DNA of 49,993 nucleotides from the IMG/VR virus record IMGVR_UViG_2061766007_001334, one strand, 5' to 3'. The translations under genes were made by a program, and so were the position numbers. How positions within the stretch are numbered: the first letter of the stretch is position 1; the number at the start of each line of letters is the position of its first letter. Shown here piece by piece: positions 1 to 9,604 of the stretch. A model generated the notes under the pieces. The model worked only from the letters and a program-made list of their open reading frames with translations, made no database searches and had not been told where the DNA came from. This DNA comes from an uncultured virus (IMG/VR IMGVR_UViG_2061766007_001334). Lineage: Duplodnaviria > Heunggongvirae > Uroviricota > Caudoviricetes.

Positions 1-1
1 T

Positions 2-250
2 GATAGCGGGGAGCGTTCACGCATTAAAAAAGCGCCCGTAGATTACTTCGACCCAGCAAACCAGAGGCGCAAATTGAACGAGTTAATAAACACCGCAACC
101 GATCCAGATGAGGCCCTCGATGCGTTAAAAGTGCTGATGGCAAGCCAGCGCGACGATAGGCAAGCCGCGAAAGAAGGCCGACAAGTTAGAGCGTTTTTGC
201 CGTTAAACTGTCGAGATTGCCCACTCTACCAGAAAGCCGCAAAACATTAA
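2..250 (+). CDS. 3' fragment of a gene ending in a CxxC motif; possibly terminase small subunit
   Basis: Open frame from the window edge ...RQVRAFLPLNCRDCPLYQKAAKH, stop TAA at 248-250. No small terminase is evident beside the large subunit. Function is inference only. Confidence 0.35.
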   Translation, partial: DSGERSRIKKAPVDYFDPANQRRKLNELINTATDPDEALDALKVLMASQRDDRQAAKEGRQVRAFLPLNCRDCPLYQKAAKH

Positions 251-482
251 ACAATATAAAATATATTGAGCAGGGCAAGCAGCGAGGCCAGAGGCCGAGC
301 CGGGGAGGGCACCCCCAAACGGGACTCACATACATATCCACCTTACCCTCCGAAAATTATTTTTTATTTTTTTCGCCCCGTAAACAAACGGAAACTTTTG
401 TAAACCACCTCCAGCCAAATTGCCGAAAATATATCGAAANNNNNNNNNNNNNNNNNNNNNNNNNNNNNNNGACTCTCAATTT

Positions 483-578
483 ATCGTAAGTTTCGTTACT
501 TTTTTTTGCGACTTTACGTGCAAAAGAAAAAATAAAAGTATATGTAAAGGATGAAAAAAAACTTACGAAAGTTACGAT
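483..578. repeat. 25-bp imperfect inverted repeat in AT-rich intergenic DNA (origin candidate)
   Basis: ATCGTAAGTTTCGTTACTTTTTTTT (483-507) matches the reverse complement of 554-578 at 22/25 positions. Confidence 0.7.
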
Positions 579-650
579 AGATTGATTTTCAGGGAGTTAC
601 CCGCAAAACTTTTTGCAACTTTTTGAAAATTTGTTTTCGGAGAGAAAAAG

Positions 651-692
651 AATACCCCACGAGTGAAAGAGAAAGCCCGTGGGGTATTTTGT
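651..692 (+). terminator. 11-bp inverted repeat followed by T-rich sequence (terminator-like or operator)
   Basis: AATACCCCACG (651-661) / CGTGGGGTATT (678-688). Confidence 0.45.
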
Positions 693-753
693 GTTTCGCC
701 CGTAAATTGACGCGTCACAAAGATACACTTTTTCCGTTACAAGGGAAATAAAT

Positions 754-785
754 TTTGCCCTTTGTTTCCCTTTTGCCTAACTTTG
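754..785 (+). promoter_or_regulatory. Bacteroidota-type sigma70 promoter
   Basis: TTTG (754-757), 20-nt spacer, TAACTTTG (778-785); fits the TTTG-N19-21-TAnnTTTG consensus; ATG follows at 792. Confidence 0.6.
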
Positions 786-791
786 TTCGTG

Positions 792-1019
792 ATGAAGAAC
801 CAGAAGCTCCTCCGAAAGCCGATACTCTATGTTGCCGTAGGCGATATTGTCGTCATCGCTGGTCGCCGCTATCGCTGCATCGCCCGTCCCGATGTCGATC
901 CCGCCCTTGCCTGCTCCGGCTGTGCCTTTCGTGGCTGCTCGTGTCCGCCCCGGCTGCAATGCTCGAAGTTCGACAGGAGGGATAAGCGCTTCGTGTGGTT
1001 CGAGGAGGTGCGGCAATGA
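792..1019 (+). CDS. small Cys-rich hypothetical phage protein
   Basis: MKNQKLL...ACSGCAFRGCSC...QCSKFDRRDKRFVWFEEV; ATGA overlap with the next ORF. Confidence 0.7.
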   Translation: MKNQKLLRKPILYVAVGDIVVIAGRRYRCIARPDVDPALACSGCAFRGCSCPPRLQCSKFDRRDKRFVWFEEVRQ

Positions 1020-1147
1020 TGAGTCTGCCGATTGTGCCCTTGCTTGAAACGACCGCGCAGGAAATGGGCGATTCCGTCCGGCGAATCCTTGACAACCATA
1101 GCCGCCTCGCTCCGGCGTTCCGTGTTAGACCAGAAACCAGAACAGAT

Positions 1148-2020
1148 ATGATTTATGAATTTTCGCCCATCCCCGAGGGCTTTTTCGGGGAAAGCGGCCT
1201 GACCGAAACATCGGCCAACCACATTGCCAACATCGCCAAGCTGCGGTATGACGAAATCGAGAACGACATTGCCTCTATTTCCTTCGTGAGCCACTACGCA
1301 CAGGTATTGGGTTCCGGGAATGCCCAAGGAACGCTCCGTAACGCGAAGCCGTACCAAAGGGATAAAATCGTGCAGATGCTCGATAAGGTCAGCGAATGCA
1401 AGGGTTTCATCGCCTTCCTGCGTGAAGCTATAAAGGCCCGGCAGAAGCTCATGTCCGAACTTGGCATCTTCCAGCTTCCCGAAATCCGCGATGCCGTAGC
1501 CCCGGAGAAAGACAATGTGCCCACGGCTGACGAAATCATCGCCGGTTGGAACACGAAGGAGCGCGAGCGTTACCTCTCCCTTGAGGCCCGCGCCGCAACC
1601 TATGGTCAGTTCATCCACCCGGGCGGCGCTCTCGACAAGGCTTACCGCGATGCCGTTGAAGCGGCGGGCGNNNNNNNNNNNNNNNNNNNNNNNNNNNNNN
1701 NNNNCATTACCCGCACGGTTCAGGGTGGCTCCGTCGGCGACATCCGTGCGATGATGGAATCCTTGCAGGCGGAACACCGAAAGAGCGAGGCCGAACTGAA
1801 TGGCCTGAAAAACAACATCAAGAAAGCCATCGACGATGCCAATGAAGCTGCGCTTGCGAAATTGAAGGCCGAGTCCGCCGAATGGCAGAAAAAGATGCAG
1901 GAACTGCGCATACGAGAGCAGGAAGTCATCATCGAGCGCAAGAAAGTCCTTGAGGCCCTGCGCATCGTCATTCCGAAACGATACGAAAAACTATATGAAA
2001 GCATCACAAAGAAGGACTAA
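1148..2020 (+). CDS. coiled-coil hypothetical protein (FFGESGLTETSANHIANIAK N-terminal motif); start may be 1016
   Basis: Long ORF with helical, E/K/A-rich C-terminus; one N gap. Confidence 0.75.
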   Translation: MIYEFSPIPEGFFGESGLTETSANHIANIAKLRYDEIENDIASISFVSHYAQVLGSGNAQGTLRNAKPYQRDKIVQMLDKVSECKGFIAFLREAIKARQKLMSELGIFQLPEIRDAVAPEKDNVPTADEIIAGWNTKERERYLSLEARAATYGQFIHPGGALDKAYRDAVEAAGXXXXXXXXXXXXITRTVQGGSVGDIRAMMESLQAEHRKSEAELNGLKNNIKKAIDDANEAALAKLKAESAEWQKKMQELRIREQEVIIERKKVLEALRIVIPKRYEKLYESITKKD

Positions 2021-2264
2021 CCACGGACTGAGGTCTTGACCGAAACCGTGGCCAACACTAAAGGTATCCCGTCGTTTATTTATACGCACCGCCATTTGGG
2101 GCGTACTGGGTTAAAACCCCAGAACCATCAAGCATTCATTTTTGAAGAATGAAACCAACAAATTTCTCCAGTCCGAAAACAACCGCATTGTCCTCGTCCT
2201 TGCTGGTACTGGAGGTCTTTGTCCCTGCTTTTGCCCCCGTCTGCGTGGCGGGCGACCTTTGGTG
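2021..2264 (+). ncRNA. candidate structured non-coding RNA of unknown class
   Basis: Several nested complementary segments, including a long-range stem 2056-2065/2255-2264 (see findings). Confidence 0.5.
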
Positions 2265-2281
2265 AGCCCTTCTTTTTCCTT

Positions 2282-3595
2282 ATGAAAACCGCCGAAACAC
2301 TACACACGGAACTTTACGGCCTGATCTCCGCCCTTGCGGACGAACTGTCCGATGCCCGTGCGATGAAGAATGCCAACGACCGCGTGGATGCCATAACCCT
2401 CGTGGTGCGCAAGGCTCTTCGCGCCGGTTCCCTCTGCTTCGTGGACGGCGGTCTTCATCACTTCAACGGCAACTACTATGCGCCCGTCGACAAGGGCCTT
2501 GTTTTGGCCGTTCTGGGGAACATCCTCGTTGATATGGGTGTTTCTCCCACCGATGTCCGAAAGATGGGCGAAATGCCCCTTTCTGTCATCGTAGAGAAGT
2601 CTTATCCGCGCTTCCCGTTCCTGCTCTGTTTCGACAATGGCATCCTTGATGTTCGTGGGCCTGAATTTGCGGAAGGCTTCAACCCCCGGCGCATCGTAAC
2701 CGAAAGACTCCCGTACACCTACGATCCGTCCGCATCGTGCCCCCTCTGGCTTCGTTTCTTGTCCGAAGTGCTGCCCGACGAAAGCGAGCGGCGCGTCTTG
2801 CAGGAGTTCTTCGGGATGTGCTACATCGACCGCTCGGAAATGTCCGTCGAGAAGTTCGCCATCTTGGTCGGCGGCGGCGCAAACGGCAAGAGCGTCATCT
2901 TCGAGGTCATCAAGCGCGTTGTTGGCCCGGACAATGTTTCCACCTTCGACTCCGTGCAGCTTGGCAAGGAGAATATGATCCCCTATGTCAAGGGAAAGCG
3001 CCTGAATTTCGCGCCCGATATGCGCAAATCGTCCTCCTTCGACTCTTCGCTCAAGGCCATAGCTTCCGGGCAGGATGTCACGGGGCGGCGCATCTACGGC
3101 GACGCAGAGAAGATCAAGTGCCCGCCGCTCGTCTTTGCGCTGAACGAAATGCCGCGTTTCGCGGATACATCCGACGCTTTCTTCCGCCGCCTGCTGCTCT
3201 TTTCCTTCGATGTGACCATCCCCCCGGAGAAACAAGACCGCCTGCTGGTGGAGAGAATCTGCCAGAGCGACCTCCCCGGCATCTTCAACTGGATACTCGA
3301 GGGGCGGTTGCGGCTCGTCCGCAATCACGGCCAGTTTTCGGAAAGCAGGCGNNNNNNNNNNNNCCGCGAGTCTGTTTCCCCGTCCTCTTCGCCGGTGCGT
3401 CACTATCTCGCGTCACGCGGCCTCGGCGTGTACCCCATCTATGAGGGCCAGCCGTTCACATCCATCACGCAAAGGGAGATCGTCGTCGGCCTCGGTGGTC
3501 AGCTTTCGCCCAATGCCGTTACCCGGGAGATGAACCGCTACGGCGTGTCCGCCTTCCGCAGCAAAGAACTGTTCTATCGCGTTTACCAGTTATGA
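2282..3595 (+). CDS. D5/P4-family SF3 helicase (D5_N plus ATPase), no primase domain evident
   Basis: Motifs FDNGILD, CPLWLRFLSEVLPD, Walker A GGGANGKS, AFFRRLLLFSF, LPGIFNWILEG. Confidence 0.85.
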   Translation: MKTAETLHTELYGLISALADELSDARAMKNANDRVDAITLVVRKALRAGSLCFVDGGLHHFNGNYYAPVDKGLVLAVLGNILVDMGVSPTDVRKMGEMPLSVIVEKSYPRFPFLLCFDNGILDVRGPEFAEGFNPRRIVTERLPYTYDPSASCPLWLRFLSEVLPDESERRVLQEFFGMCYIDRSEMSVEKFAILVGGGANGKSVIFEVIKRVVGPDNVSTFDSVQLGKENMIPYVKGKRLNFAPDMRKSSSFDSSLKAIASGQDVTGRRIYGDAEKIKCPPLVFALNEMPRFADTSDAFFRRLLLFSFDVTIPPEKQDRLLVERICQSDLPGIFNWILEGRLRLVRNHGQFSESRXXXXXRESVSPSSSPVRHYLASRGLGVYPIYEGQPFTSITQREIVVGLGGQLSPNAVTREMNRYGVSAFRSKELFYRVYQL

Positions 3596-3981
3596 GCATA
3601 AAGACAAAAATCGCAAAGAAACTGCGGCCATTTGTGGAGAAATACAACCCCGTTCCGCCGATTATCCCAAAAATCATCGAGCGGGAGGTTCCCTATGTGA
3701 AGTTACAGGCGCAAGTCGAGTTCAACCCGGATGCGCTTATCGGTGTCAATATGCGCGATGTCGCCGATTTCAAGCGCGGTATGCCGGTGTTCAGGCAATA
3801 TGTGTACGATAGGGCGAAACGGCAGCTTCTGGACTCAATACGCGACAGGATGCTTGATGATGGTTTCATTGAATACAAATTGCGGGACGATGGATGCGGA
3901 ATGTCCGCCCGGGCTATCTGCATAAGGCCGGGCGACCTCGCCCTACATAAGCGGCTGTTCTCTTTTGCGGACGAACTATGA
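3592..3981 (+). CDS. hypothetical protein
   Basis: 129-aa ORF with ATGA overlaps on both sides. Confidence 0.7.
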   Translation: MSIKTKIAKKLRPFVEKYNPVPPIIPKIIEREVPYVKLQAQVEFNPDALIGVNMRDVADFKRGMPVFRQYVYDRAKRQLLDSIRDRMLDDGFIEYKLRDDGCGMSARAICIRPGDLALHKRLFSFADEL

Positions 3982-4250
3982 CACTCTACGGGATCATAAA
4001 ATGCGCCCTCGACGATTTCAGCCGCCTCAACACGCGCTGGATACCCGATCTGTCAACTTTTCGTCTGTTCACGCGCAAGGAAGACCGCGACCAAGCGCTT
4101 GAAGACCTGAATGAAAAGTGCGAATCCTACGAAATTTGGAGGGCGGTGGACGCACCCCTCGTTTCGCATAAAGCATATACCTCCATGTGGGGTGTTCTCA
4201 CAAGTGCGCAGCAGCGCGGCGAACATGGACAATTTACCAAAGAACAATAG
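3978..4250 (+). CDS. hypothetical protein
   Basis: 90-aa ORF, translationally coupled to the previous gene. Confidence 0.6.
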   Translation: MTLYGIIKCALDDFSRLNTRWIPDLSTFRLFTRKEDRDQALEDLNEKCESYEIWRAVDAPLVSHKAYTSMWGVLTSAQQRGEHGQFTKEQ

Positions 4251-4252
4251 CT

Positions 4253-4510
4253 ATGAGCAAGAAAGAAAAGAAACGCCAAGTCATTACTATCGCAAAGATG
4301 GGCGAGATCCTTACCGCAAGGCCGGAAGGAATGCCCTATGACGAGTACCGCGACCGAATCTACGAGCAGAATCTTCGCCTCAAGGCCCGCTTGAAGGGCT
4401 TTATGGTCTGGAAGAGCAAGGCCGTCGCCGGTTTCGGAAAATCCCCGTGGGGCGCTCTTGAAACCCACGGAACATTGAAGGGTGCAGTACCGAGATTAAG
4501 ATTCCGTTAG
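4253..4510 (+). CDS. hypothetical protein
   Basis: MSKKEKKRQVITIAK...; starts 2 nt after the previous stop. Confidence 0.65.
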   Translation: MSKKEKKRQVITIAKMGEILTARPEGMPYDEYRDRIYEQNLRLKARLKGFMVWKSKAVAGFGKSPWGALETHGTLKGAVPRLRFR

Positions 4511-4513
4511 GCC

Positions 4514-4945
4514 ATGAAAGTAACGAAAGAAGGAAAGATCAAGCTGGCGGAGAATGATGTTCGCGTCGGCAATTTCGTGGCCTCGCTCGGCGAGAAGACA
4601 ATCCGCCTGACGGATATTAACGAGAACATCCGCGTCGCTTTTTCCCGGAAGACGCTTAACGGCGCATATCTGGAGCAGGCGTTTGAAGATGAAAAGTTCC
4701 ACCCGGCGCTCCATCTCGAGGCCGTGACCGCCAATTTCTTCCTTTCCGTACCGAAGGACGCGGAATGCCTCAAGAAGATCATGGATGCGCTGAACGAAAA
4801 CATGGAGCGCCATCCCGAAGTCTTCGGTAAGCAGGAAGGAACGGACGAAGAGCACGAAGCTGCGGCCCGCGAGGTGCGCGAAATGATGGAGTTTGAGCAG
4901 GAAATCAAAAACCTTCCCGACGATGGAGATACTGAAACACGGTAA
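4514..4945 (+). CDS. hypothetical protein
   Basis: 143-aa ORF with acidic C-terminus, tightly packed in the operon. Confidence 0.7.
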   Translation: MKVTKEGKIKLAENDVRVGNFVASLGEKTIRLTDINENIRVAFSRKTLNGAYLEQAFEDEKFHPALHLEAVTANFFLSVPKDAECLKKIMDALNENMERHPEVFGKQEGTDEEHEAAAREVREMMEFEQEIKNLPDDGDTETR

Positions 4946-5059
4946 TGTACCCCGCGTTGTAGCTACCTGTCCGCATTGCGGCTGCGTGGTGTCGTTCCGT
5001 GAGTCCGAAGCTACGCTTGTCTGGGACGACGAAAACTACATCCGCTGCCCGGAATGCAA
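4923..5059 (+). CDS. Zn-ribbon protein, 3' end lost in a gap
   Basis: MEILKHG...CPHCGC...IRCPEC. Confidence 0.65.
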
Positions 5060-5261
5060 NNNNNNNNNNNNNNNNNNNNTTTGAAAGGAAATCGTAATGC
5101 CGCCGTATGGAATAAGCGATTGGGGTACGCCATCAAAACTCTTCCTATCCCGGAAGATTTGCGATGTCCCGCAGCCAGACGGCAGCATTGCCGAACTGTC
5201 GTATGTAACGCCGTTTGAAGCCGTGGCACTCGATGGCTCGATCTCGCTCGTCCCGGAAGAT

Positions 5262-5295
5262 AGAAAACCGCCCCGCGTTTCACAACGAAGGGCGG
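5262..5295 (-). terminator. intrinsic terminator for the minus-strand packaging operon
   Basis: CCGCCC..CGTT-GTGA-AACG..GGGCGG hairpin followed by TTTTCT on the minus strand. Confidence 0.6.
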
Positions 5296-5371
5296 CGAAT
5301 CACTAAATTTTGTTTGACTTATGGTTACATAAGACGATGCAAATATAGGGATTTTTCGGGTAAAAACAAGC

Positions 5372-5700
5372 CTAAATCCGTGTCGGGCCGTCAAAATGCT
5401 CGATGCGGATTTTTGCATACTCGCGGCCCTTTTTAACCACGATCTTGCGGACTATGGCCAGATAGATTTCCTTGTCGTTAAACCCGTATTTCTTCTGTAA
5501 GATGTCCCCGAGCGGCTTACAGGGATTGTCATAGTCGCTCTGCTCGTTGCTGAACCCAAATTCATAGTAAATCTGGAACGGCGGCTCNNNNNNNNNNNNN
5601 NNNNNNNNNNNNNNNNNNNNNNNNNNNNNNNNNNNNNNNNNNNNNNNNNNNNNNNNNNNNNNNNNNNNNNNNNCTTAATGTCTATCTTTATCTCCGTCAT
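5372..5700 (-). CDS. rusA: RusA-like Holliday junction resolvase (gapped)
   Basis: MTEIKIDIK-gap-EPPFQIYYEFGFSNEQSDYDNPCKPLGDILQKKYGFNDKEI...; has the DxDNxxKxxxD catalytic pattern. Confidence 0.7.
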
Positions 5701-6440
5701 AGCTCGAAATCGCGGAACGCCGGTTCGACATAGCAGCAGCAATTTGCATGAATGGGGAGGATTACTTGGTCGAGAGGATAGACCTTACCGAGATAGGAAT
5801 CACAGAGCGGACAATCGAAGGTGCTACCCCGGTGGATAGTGTAACCAATCGCGCCATCTTCGGCGAACTGTTTCAGCTTCGCCCAGAGATATGCCCGGTT
5901 AATGAAGTCGGCCTTGATGCGGCTTATCGCTTTCACGAGATTACGCGCATACCCTCTTCCCCACGCCGGGTTTTGGAGCCCGGCGCTTCGCCAGAGTTCG
6001 GATGCGAAAGGATTGGCGATGTAGGTAAAGAGGTTGTGGATGGTTTCGGATTTCGACAGTCCGTGTACCGCAGCAACGATAATCCAGCTTTCCAAAAGTT
6101 CCTTCAAGTGCGAAGCCTGCATATCCAGCCGAAACAGGGTGTTTTCCCCGTCTATTTCGTCGTTTGCGTAGTCAATGGACTCGTCGTCCCACTCGTCAAG
6201 GTCGAGCGCTTTGAGAAGGTTTCTGGCGCGTTTCTCGGCATCCGCGAGCAGATCATCCGACATCAGCGCAAGGATGGCGTTAACTTCCGCGTCGATGTCT
6301 TCGTTGTCGGCGAAGGCGAACTTGTCGCTACGGGCATCCCAGACGAGTGCGAGAATGTCCTCTATCGCCCGGCGCATCCGTGCATTCACGCCGCGCCCAG
6401 CGTCCGTGATGGCCGCCACCGCTGTTTCCCTCTCGGTCAT
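5697..6440 (-). CDS. head morphogenesis / minor capsid protein (SPP1 gp7 / Mu gpF-like)
   Basis: Directly downstream of the portal; C-terminal CPLC...PIHANCCC motif. Confidence 0.8.
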   Translation of the reverse strand: MTERETAVAAITDAGRGVNARMRRAIEDILALVWDARSDKFAFADNEDIDAEVNAILALMSDDLLADAEKRARNLLKALDLDEWDDESIDYANDEIDGENTLFRLDMQASHLKELLESWIIVAAVHGLSKSETIHNLFTYIANPFASELWRSAGLQNPAWGRGYARNLVKAISRIKADFINRAYLWAKLKQFAEDGAIGYTIHRGSTFDCPLCDSYLGKVYPLDQVILPIHANCCCYVEPAFRDFEL

Positions 6441-7945
6441 TACTTGCTCGTGCGGCTACTGTTGACGGGGTTGTTTTTGGTCTGCGTCTGTGCCTCCTGA
6501 CCGGCAACAAACTCGTCGTGCGCCTCCTGTAAGATGCGATCCCACTCGCTTGCCGTGCCGTAGCCGGAGTTGTAGGCGATTTCCGTAGCGGTCTGCCGGG
6601 AAAGGACACCGGCGGCAACAAGCTGGACGAGCGCGTTGACCACCTCGGTTTCCGACATGAAGATGAACGGATCGAAGTACGGCTTGACCTTGACCTTCTC
6701 GATCTTGTCGGTAATCTTGGCGCAGATGCCGTAGGCGTACTTAAAGAGTTTCATCACGCGGTCGAGGAACAGTTGGTAGTCCTGCGAATCCTCGATGGCC
6801 TTAATGTACGAATCTGCGAACATCATCTTGACCGCAAGGCTCGAAGTGTCAGCCCCGGATTTCAGTTCGGGCGTTTCCACGGCAAAGGAGCAGCGCATAA
6901 TGTTCTTGTCGAGCACCTCAAGCTGCTTTGTAAAGGCCCCATCAGCGCCATCTGCGTTTTCAAGGAATCCCACCTTCGCGGAGGCATCCGACGAGTCGAT
7001 TCGCGCCGGTGTTCCGTCGGGACGGGAGATAACCTCGAAGTCAGCGCCGAGGGTGTAGAGGATGCGGAGGCCGTAGGACAGGTTGTTTTCGCTGAACTGC
7101 GAAATACCCATTTCGTAGTTCTCGATGAGCGACTGCGACGCACTCCAGACCGGCCCCTCGTTGCGACGATGGTATGCCACAGGGCAGATGCCTTTGAAGT
7201 TGTGCGGCTTCGGCGACTCAACCTGAATCCAGTCGCCGTCCGGGTTCTTGGACTGGTCGAATCGGTAAGTGACGAAGTTCTGCGTGTCAATAACATCGAG
7301 ATATTCGACATCGTTGCCCTCTTCGTCTTCCTGATGATACTTGCGGCCAAAGACCTCCAGTTCGCCCGTGATTCGGTTGTAGTGCGGGTAGAGCACATCG
7401 CCATCCGCGTAGGAGAATGTGCGCCAGCCTACCTCGCCTTCGCTCATGTAGACATAGATGGCGCAGTCGCCCGTGATGAAATCGGAATCGAGGCACTTGT
7501 CAACGCCGATCTCCATATTGGTTTCTTCCCACCCTTCGCGGATCATTGCGAGCGCGTCCTCTCCGGCCTGCTTGTTTCGGTTGCTGATAAGCCGCATGCC
7601 GATATTGTTACCCATGAGCGAAGTCTTACGCTTGGTCTTGATTCGCTGCTGGTAGGCCACGGCGATACGCGTGTGTACCTTCGCCTGATAACCGGCGGCA
7701 GAACTCACGTTGATCTGGTTGGGGTAGTAGATAAGCGATTTGATGTTGTGCGAGGACGGATACCATTCGCGCAGGAAGTCTGCCTGCGAGCGCTTCTGGA
7801 ATTGCAGTCCGTCGAATCCCGCGAGCGAAAGATTATCCCCGGTCAGCTTTTTTACGCCGGGATGCTCGTTGGGAATGGGAACAAGAAATGCCCTCTTCCG
7901 CATGACCTGTTCCGGCTTCATTGTTTCGATAGATAGTATTGCCAT
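6440..7945 (-). CDS. portal protein (SPP1 gp6-like)
   Basis: 501 aa, between the terminase and the minor head gene. Confidence 0.8.
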   Translation of the reverse strand: MAILSIETMKPEQVMRKRAFLVPIPNEHPGVKKLTGDNLSLAGFDGLQFQKRSQADFLREWYPSSHNIKSLIYYPNQINVSSAAGYQAKVHTRIAVAYQQRIKTKRKTSLMGNNIGMRLISNRNKQAGEDALAMIREGWEETNMEIGVDKCLDSDFITGDCAIYVYMSEGEVGWRTFSYADGDVLYPHYNRITGELEVFGRKYHQEDEEGNDVEYLDVIDTQNFVTYRFDQSKNPDGDWIQVESPKPHNFKGICPVAYHRRNEGPVWSASQSLIENYEMGISQFSENNLSYGLRILYTLGADFEVISRPDGTPARIDSSDASAKVGFLENADGADGAFTKQLEVLDKNIMRCSFAVETPELKSGADTSSLAVKMMFADSYIKAIEDSQDYQLFLDRVMKLFKYAYGICAKITDKIEKVKVKPYFDPFIFMSETEVVNALVQLVAAGVLSRQTATEIAYNSGYGTASEWDRILQEAHDEFVAGQEAQTQTKNNPVNSSRTSK

Positions 7946-7957
7946 AGTTGTATTGGT

Positions 7958-9604
7958 TTAGCAGAAGTAGCCCCAGTTGCCCCTTCTTTCTTTTGCTCGT
8001 CTTTGTGCATTGTCGGCCCGGTCGATGGCGTAGAGCAGCGCCTCGATAAAGTCCGGGGAATGACCGATAATGTTGGTCATCTCTTTCTTTTTGATCAGGC
8101 TCTTCGGATTCTCATTCTCAATCCATTTCAGCACCATCCTCTCGACCATCAGGCGGTCGGCGATGGAGAATGAGCCGTTTTTCTCCTTGAACAGACGGCG
8201 CAGCACCTCCTCCTCGATGGAAATCTCCCCGTTTTGCAGTTTTTCGATCAGGATACCGGCACACTCGCTCTTTCGTGTCGTGAAGGCCGTCTTATCCCTT
8301 GCCGCAGCGCGGTTGTCGAAGGCGTAGCAATGCCGCATATCTTCGGATTGCTTTACCCAGTTTCCAACACCGTTGACATCGAATGCGAAATCCTCGTTTG
8401 CAATGCCGTTGCGCCGTTGGAACGCCTTGATTCGCGGTATCACATCTTCGCTCTTGAGCCACCTTCCGGCATCGACATCTATGATGTGCCAACCATCAAT
8501 CGCCCATTGCACGAACCAGTCCTCGCGGAGCGCTATGTCAGCGCCGCCGACCTTTCGCCCCGTGACCAGCGGAGGGGCGGTGTAGAATCGCTGCATATCG
8601 TTGGCCGTGACCAGAGCGCCGGTATCGTCCACATCGCGCCATACGCCACGGATGTCGTTGATGGTAGACTTGCTGCCACCGGCGGAGATGCGGTTCATAT
8701 ATTTCGGGTCGGAAACGTGGAGGATTTCGTTTTCGGAGAAATCGCCGTCAATGAAGGTCAGGGAGGTAATGAAACTCTTGTAGTCCTCATCTGGATTGTC
8801 CGTCAGCGAGCAAATCTTGGCGTGAGCGTTGGGGTTTGCGTACACCTCTTCCGGGGTGTCGCCCCATGCGATTTCGGTAATATCCTCTCCGTAGCGCACG
8901 AAGTACCGCAGTACGCCGCTTCGTTCCGGGATCGCCTCGTCGGTCACAGGGTCGATCCACCAATCCAGAAACCAGCGCAGCTTATTGCTCTTGCCAACGG
9001 GGTTACAGGTGCAGATGAATCGCGGACGCACACCGGCGGTGCTTCGGTTGGAGCCCATCAGGTCGAAGATCACATTAAGGTCGTTGCGCGTGAACTCTGC
9101 AAGTTCCTCGATGACGATGTAAGGCATTTCCGCGCCACGGAAACGGTCTTTGATAACGCGAAGGTCTTGCAGATGCTCCATCTTCATCGTCGCGCCGCCA
9201 CCACCGAAGAATTTTGCCTCGAAGTTCGTGTCCGCGAAGGTTGCGAAGCCACGGAAGATAGGCTTGCAGGATTTCCAGATACCACGCTTCACATCCGCCT
9301 CGAGGCGACGGAAGCCGTACAGGTTGATGTCCGGGTTTTCGGCATAATAGAACGCCCCTATAAGGCTGATGGCCGTTTTTCCCGATCCGCGAGCGCCACC
9401 GCATACAATGATGTCGGCCTCGTTTGTCAGCACCTTCTCTTGGAATCCGGCCTGCGGAATGATGTTGTAGAGTCGCTTGCCCTTGCGTTTCAGTTCCACA
9501 TTTTCCCTGCGGAGCATCTGGGCGTAATCATTCGTAAATACCTCCATCCCGTATTCAAGGAACACGGGATCAAGGTATTGCCGTTCATCAATCTGTGTTT
9601 GCAT
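7958..9604 (-). CDS. terL: terminase large subunit
   Basis: Walker A GGARGSGKT, Walker B IVIEELAEF, coupling motif TCNP, nuclease-domain motifs GADIA, DVNGVG, HSPDFIEAL. Confidence 0.92.
   Translation of the reverse strand: MQTQIDERQYLDPVFLEYGMEVFTNDYAQMLRRENVELKRKGKRLYNIIPQAGFQEKVLTNEADIIVCGGARGSGKTAISLIGAFYYAENPDINLYGFRRLEADVKRGIWKSCKPIFRGFATFADTNFEAKFFGGGGATMKMEHLQDLRVIKDRFRGAEMPYIVIEELAEFTRNDLNVIFDLMGSNRSTAGVRPRFICTCNPVGKSNKLRWFLDWWIDPVTDEAIPERSGVLRYFVRYGEDITEIAWGDTPEEVYANPNAHAKICSLTDNPDEDYKSFITSLTFIDGDFSENEILHVSDPKYMNRISAGGSKSTINDIRGVWRDVDDTGALVTANDMQRFYTAPPLVTGRKVGGADIALREDWFVQWAIDGWHIIDVDAGRWLKSEDVIPRIKAFQRRNGIANEDFAFDVNGVGNWVKQSEDMRHCYAFDNRAAARDKTAFTTRKSECAGILIEKLQNGEISIEEEVLRRLFKEKNGSFSIADRLMVERMVLKWIENENPKSLIKKKEMTNIIGHSPDFIEALLYAIDRADNAQRRAKERRGNWGYFC

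Noticed and set aside
2027..2046. CTGA-stem-GAAAC resembling a hammerhead core
   Set aside because: Lacks the full CUGANGA and the third stem; kept only as part of the unclassified RNA candidate.
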